From an uncultured Mycoplasmatota bacterium (GTDB lineage: Bacteria > Bacillota_I > Bacilli_A > RF39 > UBA660), in assembly GCA_947302655.1 (NCBI GenBank), contig CAMYVW010000002.1, forward strand, positions 169,537 to 233,536: 64,000 nucleotides of DNA, read 5' to 3'. Within the stretch, counting starts at the first letter, position 1, and every line of letters begins with the position of its first letter. A program made the position numbers and the translations under genes. Under the pieces are notes generated by a model. The model searched no databases, was not told the origin of the DNA, and saw only the letters and a program-made list of their open reading frames with translations. Below, in pieces: positions 1-9,598 of the stretch.

Positions 1-1
1 T

Positions 2-727
2 ACTGATAATATTATTGATTTTGATTTTATTATTTCTTCCCTTCCTAAAGGACTAGTAAATCAAAGAACATTTAATTTAGAAATAAGAAAACTTATTAAT
101 CAGTTATCTTTTATATATAATTTTGATAATATAAAAATGTGTGAATTAATTAGAGAATCTATTTCTGAGAAAGGCATAATAAATGTTAATGATTTAAGAA
201 AAAATGCTAGAAGTAGATATCAATCTCAAAACGGTTCTTTACCTTCACTTGTTTATAGAACTCAACCAGAATACTTAAAATCACCAACTGGTGATAACTC
301 TAAAAGAGGTAAATTGATTGCTGTATTTGAAAATACAACTCCATACGATTTTCTTAAAAGTAAATATAATAATTCAAAACCAACATCAAGAGATTTAAAA
401 CTATTGGAAAGTTTACTTATTGATCTTGATATGAAACCTGCAGTTGTAAATGTTTTGATTGATTATGTTTTAAAGAAAAATAATAATAAACTTACAACTG
501 GTTTTGTTGAAACTATTGCAGGTCAGTGGAAAAGAGAAAATATAGAAACCGCAGCAGATGCTATGGCCTTTGCTGAAGAAGAACATAATAAAAGTAAAAA
601 GATAGCAGAGAAAAAGTCTACTACTGCTAAAAAACAACCTGAATGGTTTGATGAAAAAATAGAAAAGAAAACAATATCTGATGAAGAAGCCAAAAAAATG
701 CAAGAAATGATGGAAAAATATAAGTAG
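2..727 (+). CDS. Replication initiation / membrane attachment protein (Bacillus DnaB-type, DnaD-like C-terminal domain); 5' end truncated by window edge
   Basis: The reading frame is open from position 2 with no stop before the ORF-track ATG at 137. The C-terminal region has a DnaD/DnaB DDBH2-like motif (FVETIAGQW). It sits directly upstream of dnaI as in the Bacillus dnaB-dnaI pair. Confidence 0.55.
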   Translation, partial: TDNIIDFDFIISSLPKGLVNQRTFNLEIRKLINQLSFIYNFDNIKMCELIRESISEKGIINVNDLRKNARSRYQSQNGSLPSLVYRTQPEYLKSPTGDNSKRGKLIAVFENTTPYDFLKSKYNNSKPTSRDLKLLESLLIDLDMKPAVVNVLIDYVLKKNNNKLTTGFVETIAGQWKRENIETAADAMAFAEEEHNKSKKIAEKKSTTAKKQPEWFDEKIEKKTISDEEAKKMQEMMEKYK

Positions 728-737
728 GTGATAATTT

Positions 738-1625
738 ATGGGAAATATTGATTTAAGTTACAATAAAAAAATAGTTAATGAATTAAAAAAAGAATTGTCG
801 TCTGCTAAGAAAGATGAGAAGTTTATTAAATTATGTCAAAAATTAGATATTGATGATAGTATTGCAGCTAAATATACATCTAAATTAGAAGATACCTTAT
901 GTGAACTTGGAAATTGTAAAGGTTGTAAAGGTTTATTTCAATGTAAGAATAAATTAGAAGGTTATGTATCTTATCCTAAAAAAGAAGGTAATAGACTTAT
1001 TTTTAACTATGTTCCATGTAAATATACTAATCAAGTTAATGATGAACTCGAAAAGAAAAATCATAATATGCTTGAAGATGTAAGAATGAAGGACATTGAT
1101 ATAACAGATAAAAAAAGACAAGAAGTAATTTGTTATTTAGATGAATTTTTTAATAATTATTCTCCAGCTAAAAGTAATACTGGATTATATTTACATGGCT
1201 CATTTGGAGCTGGTAAAAGTTTTTTAATATCAGCTTTACTTAATGAACTACATGAAAAGAAAAAAGCATCTATTTGTATGATTTATTTTCCAGAAGCTTT
1301 AAGAACACTTAAAGATGATTGGGATAATTTTGGAAGCAAAATGGAATACTTTAAAAGTGTTGATATTTTACTTATTGATGATATTGGTGCTGAAAAAGTT
1401 ACAGAATGGGGAAGAGATGAAGTTCTTGGAACTATTTTACAAGAAAGAATGGATAAGAAATTAGCAACATTCTTTACATCTAATTTGAATATAAAGGAAC
1501 TTGAAAGTCATTTAGCACTTTCAAATAAAAGTGATGACTTAGTTAAAGCTAGAAGAATAATTGAAAGAATTAAACAACTAACAAATGATTTAGAATTAAT
1601 TAGTGTAAATAGAAGAGAAAAATAG
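738..1625 (+). CDS. dnaI: Primosomal helicase loader DnaI (AAA+ ATPase with N-terminal Cys-rich zinc domain)
   Basis: Walker A motif GSFGAGKS and Walker B LLIDDIG are present. The N-terminal region has a CxxC...CxxC cluster (CELGNCKGCKGLFQC). The position between the DnaB-like gene and thrS matches Bacillus. Confidence 0.8.
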   Translation: MGNIDLSYNKKIVNELKKELSSAKKDEKFIKLCQKLDIDDSIAAKYTSKLEDTLCELGNCKGCKGLFQCKNKLEGYVSYPKKEGNRLIFNYVPCKYTNQVNDELEKKNHNMLEDVRMKDIDITDKKRQEVICYLDEFFNNYSPAKSNTGLYLHGSFGAGKSFLISALLNELHEKKKASICMIYFPEALRTLKDDWDNFGSKMEYFKSVDILLIDDIGAEKVTEWGRDEVLGTILQERMDKKLATFFTSNLNIKELESHLALSNKSDDLVKARRIIERIKQLTNDLELISVNRREK

Positions 1626-1667
1626 TTGATACCTTGACTTATTAATATACAAGTGTTAACATTTATT

Positions 1668-1882
1668 TGTAAATCGATGAAGAAAGACATGATTTATGTA
1701 ATGAAAATATAGAGAGTTAATGGCTGGTGTAAATTAACAAGAAGTTATATAAATTACTACTTTTAGAGAGGATTAATAAATCCCGGTGTTTATTATTAGC
1801 CGTTATTAATAATTAAGTATAATTAAGGATGGTACCGCTTGTATATCATGCTCCTTTGCATGATATATAAGTGGTTTTTTAA
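1668..1882 (+). promoter_or_regulatory. T-box riboswitch leader (threonine-specific, specifier ACU) with intrinsic terminator
   Basis: A conserved T-box sequence aattaaggatggtaccgc lies at about 1821-1838, with antiterminator bulge UGGU. The terminator hairpin atcatgc/gcatgat is followed by a T-run at about 1845-1880. Stem I carries AGAGA/GA motifs, and aaattACUAc at about 1756 is the candidate specifier, giving a Thr codon followed by a purine. Confidence 0.7.
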
Positions 1883-1904
1883 TTATTATGGGGAGGTTTT
1901 ACTT

Positions 1905-2489
1905 ATGGATATCTTAGATCAGATAAAAACATATCTTATGTGTTATTCTGAGAATAATATGTTTTTTATGTTTGATGAGAGTGAATTACCACTTTATAAT
2001 GCGGTTCCTCTTTTAATAGATGAATGTATAGGTCACTCTTACTGGGATATAACGCTTGATGCAGAAGTTTTTGATGCTATCTTAGAGCCTTTAGATACAT
2101 TTTATGATCGTAGGAAGAGAATTAAGTATGCAGTGAGTCGTTTGTGTTCTGCTATAATGTATAAACTTGGTATTGATACTGACGTTAATATAATTGATAG
2201 CCATGAGTTTGAAAATTGTATTATTGATTTATGTCAAAATGCTGGAGCTGAGTCTCTTAGAGTAAATTTAATGCTTGATGGTGTTAATGATATAGATTTA
2301 CAGATAGCCATTAACGAATTGATGGCTCATTCAGGAGTTACCTTTTTTTGTTACACAACGAAAAGTCCCCTAACACTTATGACCCCTGAAGAAGAAATAC
2401 TTACATATACGGAAGATTATTTCGTAGAATGTAGTAGTGCACGTTTAGAAAATTGTTATGATGAAATTGAAAGGAAGATGTTAAGATGA
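1905..2489 (+). CDS. Hypothetical Cys-rich protein (about 195 aa) co-transcribed with thrS downstream of the T-box
   Basis: The ORF-track start at 1839 (TTG) lies inside the T-box terminator. An ATG at 1905 is preceded by a strong RBS GGGGAGG. The stop overlaps the thrS start (ATGA). Local GC is higher than the flanks. Confidence 0.5.
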   Translation: MDILDQIKTYLMCYSENNMFFMFDESELPLYNAVPLLIDECIGHSYWDITLDAEVFDAILEPLDTFYDRRKRIKYAVSRLCSAIMYKLGIDTDVNIIDSHEFENCIIDLCQNAGAESLRVNLMLDGVNDIDLQIAINELMAHSGVTFFCYTTKSPLTLMTPEEEILTYTEDYFVECSSARLENCYDEIERKMLR

Positions 2490-4240
2490 TTAATATTAAA
2501 GAAGATGAAAGATTAAGTAAACTTAATCATTCATGTGCTCATTTAATGGCACAAGCAGTTAAACATTTATTTCCAGATGCTAAATTCTGGGTAGGACCTG
2601 TTATTGAAGAAGGCTTCTACTATGACATTGATTTAGGAGATAAAGTATTAACCGATGAAGATATTGAAGCAATATCAAAGGAAATGAAAAAGATAGCCAA
2701 AGATGGTAAAAGAATAGTAAGACAAGAAATATCTAAAGATGAAGCTTTAGAAATGTTTAAAGACGATCCATACAAATTAGACTTAATTAATAATATGGAT
2801 GAAGAAAATACTGTTATTTCTTGCTATACTCAAGGAGACTTCACTGATTTATGTAGAGGACCACACGTTGATACAGTTAAAGAACTTAAAAATTTTAAAC
2901 TTTTAAAGTTTAGTGGAGCTTACTGGAAAGGTGATTCTAAAAATAAAATGCTTCAAAGAATCTATGGTATTTGTTTTGAAAATGAAGAAGATTTAAATAA
3001 ACATTTACAAGAACTTGAAGAAGCAAAAGAAAGAGATCACAGAAAAATAGGTAAAGATTTAGGAATTTATATGATGTCTGATTTAGTAGGTCGTGGTCTT
3101 CCAATGTATTTACCAAACGGATTTATTTTATGGAATGAACTAGAAACTTACATCAGAAATAAAGAACTTAAAAGAGGATATAAACATGTTCAAACTCCAC
3201 CGCTAGGTAATGTAAATTTATATAGAACTTCAGGTCATCTAGAACACTATAAAGATGCAATGTTCCCTATAATGCAAGTTGAAGATGAAGAGTATGTTTT
3301 AAGACCAATGAACTGTCCTCACCACATGGTAATGTATGGAAATGATATTCATTCATATAGAGATTTACCACTTCGAATTGCGGAAATTGCAAGAGATTGT
3401 CGTTATGAAGCAAGTGGTGCTTTAAAAGGTATTGAAAGAGTTAGAACATTCTGTCAAAATGATTCACATATATTCTGTACTCCAGAGCAAATAGAATCTG
3501 AATTTAAAGATGTTATTGATTTAATTCTTGAAGTATATAAAGAACTAGGAATTAAAAATTATAGATTTGAACTTTCTTTAAGAGATCCTGAAGATAAAGT
3601 TAAGTATCATCAAGATGATGAAATGTGGAATAAAGCTGAAGATGCTTTAAGAAAAATCATGGATGATTTAAATATTCCATATGTTGAAAAGAAAGGTGAA
3701 GCAGCTTTCTATGGACCTAAGTGTGATGTTCAAGTTCAACCTGCTGTTGGAAATGAAATAACATTATCTACTTGTCAAATAGATTTCTGTTTACCAATGA
3801 AATTTGATTTAAAATATATTGATAAAGATGGATCTAAGAAAACTCCAGTAGTACTTCATAGAGCAATACTTGGGTCTCTTGATAGAGCTATAGCATTTTA
3901 TCTAGAAGAAACTAAAGGCAACTTACCACTATTCTTATCACCAGTACAAGTTAAGATCTTACCAGTTAATAATGAATATCATTTAGATTATGCTAAAGAA
4001 TTATATCAAAAATTAATTGATGAAGATATTAGAGTAGAACTTGATGATAGAGAAGAAAAAGTTGGTTACAGAATGAGAGAAGCTGTAATGCAAAAAATAC
4101 CTCTAGTTTTAGTTTTAGGTCAAAAAGAAGTTGATGATAAATTAATTTCTTATAGAAGAAGAGGTTCTCAAGAAACTACAACTGTTTCTTATGATGAATT
4201 TATATCTATGATAAAAGAAAACATTAAAGAACATAAATAG
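2486..4240 (+). CDS. thrS: Threonyl-tRNA synthetase lacking the N-terminal TGS domain
   Basis: The protein starts directly in the N2/editing domain (HSCAHLMAQAV, VGPVIEEGFYYD). Class II catalytic core motifs, a zinc-site Cys/His and the C-terminal anticodon-binding domain are present. At 584 aa it is shorter than a typical ThrRS of about 640 aa. Confidence 0.9.
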   Translation: MINIKEDERLSKLNHSCAHLMAQAVKHLFPDAKFWVGPVIEEGFYYDIDLGDKVLTDEDIEAISKEMKKIAKDGKRIVRQEISKDEALEMFKDDPYKLDLINNMDEENTVISCYTQGDFTDLCRGPHVDTVKELKNFKLLKFSGAYWKGDSKNKMLQRIYGICFENEEDLNKHLQELEEAKERDHRKIGKDLGIYMMSDLVGRGLPMYLPNGFILWNELETYIRNKELKRGYKHVQTPPLGNVNLYRTSGHLEHYKDAMFPIMQVEDEEYVLRPMNCPHHMVMYGNDIHSYRDLPLRIAEIARDCRYEASGALKGIERVRTFCQNDSHIFCTPEQIESEFKDVIDLILEVYKELGIKNYRFELSLRDPEDKVKYHQDDEMWNKAEDALRKIMDDLNIPYVEKKGEAAFYGPKCDVQVQPAVGNEITLSTCQIDFCLPMKFDLKYIDKDGSKKTPVVLHRAILGSLDRAIAFYLEETKGNLPLFLSPVQVKILPVNNEYHLDYAKELYQKLIDEDIRVELDDREEKVGYRMREAVMQKIPLVLVLGQKEVDDKLISYRRRGSQETTTVSYDEFISMIKENIKEHK

Positions 4241-4311
4241 TTATTTATGTTCTTTTTTATTGATACATATTTGTTATTCGATTATAATAAAGTTATATTT
4301 CGGAGGGTTTT

Positions 4312-5271
4312 ATGGATCTTGAACATTTTAAAGTATTGGTAAATAGAGGATTTTCAGCTTCACAAATATGTGATGAAATAGGTTTTTTCTCCTTACAAGA
4401 ATTATTTGATGAAGTAGAAAATTTAAAAAATGACGGTATTTATTATTTCCCTTATTACGGAAATAATGGAGAAATATATTATTCAAAGAATAAAGTTAAC
4501 TATGATGATCCTATAAGACTTGATCCTATATTAACACCAAAGTCTACAAAGTTTTCATTTATTGCTATGGGTGATGAACATACAGGTAGTATATACTCAG
4601 ATGTACGAAGATATGATGTTTTAAAAGATAAAATTATAGAAGACGATATTCATTATATATTTAATACTGGTGATTGTGTTGATGGACCTGCAAGGGATGC
4701 CAGGGATTCATCTAAAAGACTATATAATGGTGAAGATCAGATAAAAGAATATATTGTTTACTATCCACTTATGAATGGATTAATTACGATTAATTCATCC
4801 GGTAATCATGATTTAGAAACCGAAAATTTTGCTGGAGTTTCTTTTATTAAAATTTTAAGAAGTAAAAGACATGATATCAAAGTTTATAGTAGTGGTTGTG
4901 GTGTAATAAAGATAGCAGATTTTACGATACTTTTATGTCATGATGCAAGTGACTCAAGAATTAAAGAAAGAATTAGAAATGATGAAGACATGATGGTTTT
5001 ATCTTCACATACTCATGAATCTAAAACAAAAACATATTTTAATGGTAAAAATATTTGTATAAGGCATCAACTACCGGCTTTTTCTAAGATAGCTGAAAGA
5101 TATGGATACGCAAGTGGTTTTAATAAGTATGATATATATTTTGAAAATGGAAAAGCTACAGCGATTCATTGGATAAATTATATTTTTGATAGTAATAATA
5201 GACTAATTAATACTAGTGAAAATCATGATAATCTTACCATAGGTAGTGATTTTAGTAGAAAAAGGAAATAG
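4312..5271 (+). CDS. Calcineurin-like metallophosphoesterase with about 75-aa N-terminal extra domain
   Basis: MPE motifs are present: GDEHTG, NTGDCVDG, SGNHD and a later HTHE. An RBS GGAGGG precedes the start. Confidence 0.65.
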   Translation: MDLEHFKVLVNRGFSASQICDEIGFFSLQELFDEVENLKNDGIYYFPYYGNNGEIYYSKNKVNYDDPIRLDPILTPKSTKFSFIAMGDEHTGSIYSDVRRYDVLKDKIIEDDIHYIFNTGDCVDGPARDARDSSKRLYNGEDQIKEYIVYYPLMNGLITINSSGNHDLETENFAGVSFIKILRSKRHDIKVYSSGCGVIKIADFTILLCHDASDSRIKERIRNDEDMMVLSSHTHESKTKTYFNGKNICIRHQLPAFSKIAERYGYASGFNKYDIYFENGKATAIHWINYIFDSNNRLINTSENHDNLTIGSDFSRKRK

Positions 5272-5482
5272 AGAGTTATATAACAAGTGTATATTTTGGA
5301 GGTTTTGTATATATTTTTAGAAGAACATAAAATGGATTATGAGAAAGATATTTGTTGCCCTTCATCAATAGCTTTATCAGAAAAAATTACATGTTTAATG
5401 CACCAAGAAACTGATGTAGAAGCTGATAGACAACATGTTCGTGTAAAAGCTAAGAAAAATACTGATAATAATTAATATTTTC

Positions 5483-5510
5483 TTGACAAAATCATAAAAT
5501 AGTATATAAT
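5483..5510 (+). promoter_or_regulatory. Sigma-A type promoter for the infC-rpmI-rplT operon
   Basis: TTGACA, a 16-nt spacer and TATAAT. Confidence 0.5.
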
Positions 5511-5514
5511 TATT

Positions 5515-5661
5515 ACTGTTATATGAAAAAGGAAAGCGATGTATCCACATCCACCTGACTGATAATTAAGTTGGTAGGTAGAAAGCCATTAAGTAAAATT
5601 AATAAAGTATATTTATTATAATTAAGGTTTTAAGTGGATACATAATATGTATCCATTTTTA
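5515..5661 (+). promoter_or_regulatory. infC/L20 leader with attenuator hairpin (L20-mediated autoregulation type)
   Basis: A hairpin tggatacat/atgtatcca at about 5635-5655 is followed by TTTTT. The upstream segment gatgtatccaca can pair alternatively with the 5' arm, giving an antiterminator/terminator architecture like the Bacillus L20 leader. Confidence 0.45.
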
Positions 5662-5662
5662 T

Positions 5663-6226
5663 ATGAAATTTAATATTTGGAGGTTGATTACAATAGCAAA
5701 TAATAATAAAAACGAGTTACCTATTAATGAAAATATTAGGGTTCCAGAAATGATGGTTATAGGTCCAAATGGAGAGCAAATGGGAATTAAAAATATTACC
5801 GATGCATTAACACTAGCTAACTATGCTGGTTTAGATTTAGTTTTAATGAATGGTAATTCTACTCCTGCAGTTGCTAAAATTATGGATTATAACAAATATA
5901 AATATGAAAGAAATAAAAAACTTAAAGAAGCTCAAAAAAATCAAAGAGCTGCTAATAAAGACGTAAAAGAATATCGTTTATCAGTTAATATTGATGTTCA
6001 TGATTTTGATACACGTGTTAAAAATGCTCGTGATTACTTAATTAAAGGACATAAAGTTAAAGGATTTTTAAGGTTTAAAGGTAGAAGTATTACTCACCCT
6101 GAACTTGGACAAGAGGTTCTTATGCGTTTTGCAGAAGCTTTAAGTGAAGATTCTGTAATTGAAACCCAACCAAAACTTGAAGGTAAACAAATGTTTATGC
6201 TATTAGCCCCTAAAAAAGATAAATAA
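5663..6226 (+). CDS. infC: Translation initiation factor IF-3
   Basis: The IF3 N- and C-domains are recognisable (INENIRVPEMMVIGPNGEQMGI...). GGAGG at about 5679-5683 is followed 9 nt later by an in-frame ATA/ATT, suggesting a non-AUG start near 5687-5693, as is typical for infC. The upstream ATG at 5663 may not be the true start. Confidence 0.85.
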   Translation: MKFNIWRLITIANNNKNELPINENIRVPEMMVIGPNGEQMGIKNITDALTLANYAGLDLVLMNGNSTPAVAKIMDYNKYKYERNKKLKEAQKNQRAANKDVKEYRLSVNIDVHDFDTRVKNARDYLIKGHKVKGFLRFKGRSITHPELGQEVLMRFAEALSEDSVIETQPKLEGKQMFMLLAPKKDK

Positions 6227-6261
6227 TTAATAATTAATTAAAAAGAAAGAAGGATGTAATT

Positions 6262-6459
6262 ATGGCAAAAGGTGCAAAACAAAAAACTCATAAAGCAAGT
6301 GCTAAAGTTTTAACTAAAAAGAAAAATGGAACTATTACTTATAAAAAAGGTAATGGTAATCATAAAACTGCTAAAGATTCATCTAAAGCAGTTAGACAAA
6401 GAAGAAATAAAGGAATCTTAGGAAAAGGAGAAGCTAGCAGATTAAAATCTGTTATCTAG
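6262..6459 (+). CDS. rpmI: 50S ribosomal protein L35 (divergent)
   Basis: A 65-aa, very basic protein lies between infC and rplT with an RBS AAGGATG. Sequence similarity to canonical L35 is weak. Confidence 0.6.
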   Translation: MAKGAKQKTHKASAKVLTKKKNGTITYKKGNGNHKTAKDSSKAVRQRRNKGILGKGEASRLKSVI

Positions 6460-6474
6460 TAGAGGTGAATAAAT

Positions 6475-7050
6475 ATGACAAGAGTTAAAGGCGGAACAGT
6501 TTCTAAAACTAGAAGAAGAAAAGTACTTAAAGCTGCTAAAGGATATTTTGGTTCTAAACATAGACTTTATAAAACTGCTCAAGAACAAGTATTCCATAGT
6601 GGTGTATACGCTTATAGAGATAGAAGAGCTAATAAGAGAAACTTTAGAAAACTTTGGATTACAAGAATCAATGCTGCATGTCGTATGAATGATATTAGTT
6701 ATTCTAAGTTCATTTCAGGACTTAATAAAGCCGGTGTTGAAGTAAATAGAAAAATGCTTTCAGAACTTGCTATTGATGATATGAAAGGATTTAAAGCATA
6801 TGTTGATATTGCTAACGATGCTTTAAATGGAAAAATAACTAAAAAAGAAGTAGTTAAGAAAGAAGCTCCTAAAGCTGATAAAGCAGTAGAAAAGAAAGAA
6901 ACTCCTGCAAAAAAAGAAACAGCTAAGAAAGAAGAAGCTAAAGACTATTCAAAAATGACTTTAGCTGAACTTAAAGCTGTTGCTAAAGAACAAGGTGTTT
7001 CTGGTTATTCAACTATGAAAAAAGCAGATTTACTTGCTGCTATAAAATAA
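6475..7050 (+). CDS. rplT: 50S ribosomal protein L20 with C-terminal Lys/Glu-rich linker and Rho_N/SAP-like domain
   Basis: The first roughly 118 aa are canonical L20 (MTRVKGG...[19 protein letters not shown]). A 70-aa extension ends in [31 protein letters not shown], which is Rho_N-like. Confidence 0.85.
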   Translation: MTRVKGGTVSKTRRRKVLKAAKGYFGSKHRLYKTAQEQVFHSGVYAYRDRRANKRNFRKLWITRINAACRMNDISYSKFISGLNKAGVEVNRKMLSELAIDDMKGFKAYVDIANDALNGKITKKEVVKKEAPKADKAVEKKETPAKKETAKKEEAKDYSKMTLAELKAVAKEQGVSGYSTMKKADLLAAIK

Positions 7051-7073
7051 TCTCTTTTAAGAGATTTTTTTAT
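7049..7073 (+). terminator. Rho-independent terminator after rplT
   Basis: A hairpin atctctt-ttaa-gagat is followed by TTTTTTT. Confidence 0.55.
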
Positions 7074-7132
7074 TGCTAAAATTTTTATCGTTGTGACTGC
7101 ATGTTTTTATAAGAAATTATTTTTTATATTTC

Positions 7133-7161
7133 TTGAAAGTTAAATAATATTTAGATATAAT
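7133..7161 (+). promoter_or_regulatory. Sigma-A type promoter upstream of ftsA
   Basis: TTGAAA, a 17-nt spacer and TATAAT. Confidence 0.45.
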
Positions 7162-7189
7162 AATTTAAGATGATATGGAGGATTAACTT

Positions 7190-8434
7190 ATGCGAAAAAT
7201 TATAGCTAGTTTAGATATTGGTTCTAGTTTAATTAAATTAGTTGTTGGCGAAGTAACTAAAAATAAGTTCAATATTCTCCTAGCAATTAATACTGAGAGT
7301 CAAGGTATTAGAAATGGCTTTATTGTTAATCAAGAAAGCTTTAATGAAGTTATAGTTGATTTATTTAATAAAGCTGAAGAAATTCTTGGCATTAGAGTAA
7401 AAAAGGTAATTGTTAATGTTCCTATTTATAATGCAAAATATGAATTTGTTGAAGGATCAACTACAATTAATAATGAAGAATATATGGTAAGTGCTAATGA
7501 TATAGTTAGATCTATGCAATCTGCTGTTTATAATAAAGTTTCTGATAACATGGAATTAATTAATTTAATTCCAGTTATATTTAAAGTTAATGGAGAAATT
7601 TTAACTAAAGAACCACTTGGAATGGGTGCAGAAAAATTATCTAGTAAATGTGTTTTGATTACTGCTCCTAAAAAAGGAATAGAACCTATTATTAAAGTTT
7701 TAGAAAAGAATAATATTGAAGTAATTGATTTAGCATTTTGCTCTTTTGGTGATTATGAAGAACTTCATACTTCATATGAAGATGATGAAGTAGGTGCTGT
7801 TGTAAATATTGGTGCAGATACAACTGAAGTAAGTATATTTAATAAGGGTATTATTTCATCTTCTGAAGTTATTAATATGGGATCTAGTAATATTGATAAA
7901 GATATTTCATACATGTATAAATTAACTTCTTCTCAAGCAAGAAAAGTTAAAGAAGAACTTGCTTTATGTCATACGAGAATGGCTCAACCAAATGAAGTTT
8001 TAGAATTAATTAATACTGATGATGAAAAGATCAGAATTAATCAATATGAATCTAGTGAAATTGTTATGGAGAGAATTAAAGAAATCTTTAATTTAATTAA
8101 AAAACAAATAAATCTCTTAACAAAAAAGGAAATTAGTTATATAATTATTACAGGAGGCTTGACGGAAGCTGCCGATTTTGAATTATTAGTAGACGAAGCA
8201 TTTGGAACAATTGCAAGAGTTGCTAATATTGGTGAAATTGGTGCTAGAAATAATATTTATAGTTCTGCTGTCGGGCTTATTAAATTTTATAATAAAAAAC
8301 TAAAACTTCGTAATAAAGAATATTCTATTTTTACATTAGAAGAGCAAGAAGAATTTAGTGGATTAGAACAAAAGAAATTGATTTCAGAAAATTCTATACT
8401 AGGAAAAGTATTTGGAATATTTTTTGATAAGTAA
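7190..8434 (+). CDS. ftsA: Cell division protein FtsA
   Basis: An actin-like ATPase fold begins IASLDIGSSLIKLVVGE, and the gene lies upstream of ftsZ. Confidence 0.9.
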   Translation: MRKIIASLDIGSSLIKLVVGEVTKNKFNILLAINTESQGIRNGFIVNQESFNEVIVDLFNKAEEILGIRVKKVIVNVPIYNAKYEFVEGSTTINNEEYMVSANDIVRSMQSAVYNKVSDNMELINLIPVIFKVNGEILTKEPLGMGAEKLSSKCVLITAPKKGIEPIIKVLEKNNIEVIDLAFCSFGDYEELHTSYEDDEVGAVVNIGADTTEVSIFNKGIISSSEVINMGSSNIDKDISYMYKLTSSQARKVKEELALCHTRMAQPNEVLELINTDDEKIRINQYESSEIVMERIKEIFNLIKKQINLLTKKEISYIIITGGLTEAADFELLVDEAFGTIARVANIGEIGARNNIYSSAVGLIKFYNKKLKLRNKEYSIFTLEEQEEFSGLEQKKLISENSILGKVFGIFFDK

Positions 8435-8446
8435 GGAGATGAATTT

Positions 8447-9505
8447 ATGAACGGATTACAAATGGATCAAATAGCTAAAATCAAAGTCGTTGGTGTTGGT
8501 GGCGGCGGATGTAATGCTGTTAATCGAATGATAGATGAGGGAGTTAAAGGTGTTGAATTTATTGTTGTAAATACTGATTTACAAGCCCTTAATGCTTCTC
8601 GTGCTGAACATAAAATACAAATAGGAGAAAATATTACAACTGGTCTTGGTGCTGGTGCAGATCCAGAAGTTGGACGTGCTGCAGCTCTTGAAAGTAAAGC
8701 GTTATTAGAAGAGTCTTTAAAAGGTGCAGATATGATATTTGTTGCATGTGGACTTGGTGGTGGAACTGGAACTGGTGCTGCTCCAATTATTGCAGAAATA
8801 GCTCAAGAACTTGGTTCTCTTACTGTTGCAATTGTTACTAAACCTTTTAGATTTGAAGGTAAAAGACGTATGGAAAATGCTTTAATGGGTCTTGATGAAC
8901 TAAAAAAACATGTTGATTCATTAATAGTTGTTCCAAATGATAGATTAAGAGATATTATTGATAAAACAACTGGATTTGATGATGCCTTTAAAGAAGTAGA
9001 TAAAGTACTTCATCGTGGTGTTCAATCAATCTCTGATTTAATCGCTGTAACTGGAATTATTAACCTTGACTTTGCCGATGTTAAAACAGTTATGGAAAAT
9101 TCCGGTACTGCAATTATCGGTATTGGATGTAATGCTGGAGAAAATAGAGCCGTTGAATCTGCAAGACAAGCCGTATCAAATGCTTTACTTGAAGCAACAA
9201 TTGATGGTGCTAAGAATGCCATTGTTAACGTAACAGGTGGTAAAAACCTTACATTATTTGAAATTGAAGATGCTGTTGAAACTGTTAGAGAAGCAGCAAA
9301 TAATGATTTAAATATCATCTTCGGAGCAATTAAAAATGAAAACTTAACTGATGAAGTTATTGTTACAGTTATTGCAACAGGATTTGATGATAATAATGAT
9401 GATGAAGTTAAAACTAAAGTTGATGATATAGATGTTCAACAAAGAAGATCATCTGATGATGACTTAGATATACCTTCATTTTTGAGAAATCGTAGTGATT
9501 TTTAA
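8447..9505 (+). CDS. ftsZ: Cell division GTPase FtsZ
   Basis: The tubulin signature [13 protein letters not shown] and the T7 loop are present. Confidence 0.95.
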   Translation: MNGLQMDQIAKIKVVGVGGGGCNAVNRMIDEGVKGVEFIVVNTDLQALNASRAEHKIQIGENITTGLGAGADPEVGRAAALESKALLEESLKGADMIFVACGLGGGTGTGAAPIIAEIAQELGSLTVAIVTKPFRFEGKRRMENALMGLDELKKHVDSLIVVPNDRLRDIIDKTTGFDDAFKEVDKVLHRGVQSISDLIAVTGIINLDFADVKTVMENSGTAIIGIGCNAGENRAVESARQAVSNALLEATIDGAKNAIVNVTGGKNLTLFEIEDAVETVREAANNDLNIIFGAIKNENLTDEVIVTVIATGFDDNNDDEVKTKVDDIDVQQRRSSDDDLDIPSFLRNRSDF

Positions 9506-9598
9506 GAAAATAAAATTGACCAGTAATGGTTAATTTTTTTTAACTTGTATATTATATAATATAATTGTATAATTTTATTAATAATAGAGGGTGATGAT

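Noticed and set aside
470-703. A set of minus-strand ORFs (60-123 aa) lies entirely inside or antisense to strong plus-strand genes. Examples are 470-703, 1508-1690, 9022-9318, 13348-13656, 17465-17662, 19185-19379, 22616-22798, 24385-24573, 25367-25570, 27920-28153 and 28850-29122.
   Set aside because: They are antisense to well-supported conserved CDSs, have no SD sequences, and have hydrophobic or low-complexity translations typical of AT-rich antisense frames. They are likely spurious.
1839-1904. The ORF-track TTG start at 1839 for the ORF upstream of thrS.
   Set aside because: This start lies inside the T-box terminator/antiterminator sequence. The ATG at 1905 with a GGGGAGG SD is the credible start.
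5287-5475. A 62-aa ORF lies between the metallophosphoesterase and the infC promoter.
   Set aside because: It has no convincing SD for either the ATG at 5287 or the internal ATG, and it overlaps the promoter region of infC. It is possibly a short real peptide, but evidence is insufficient.
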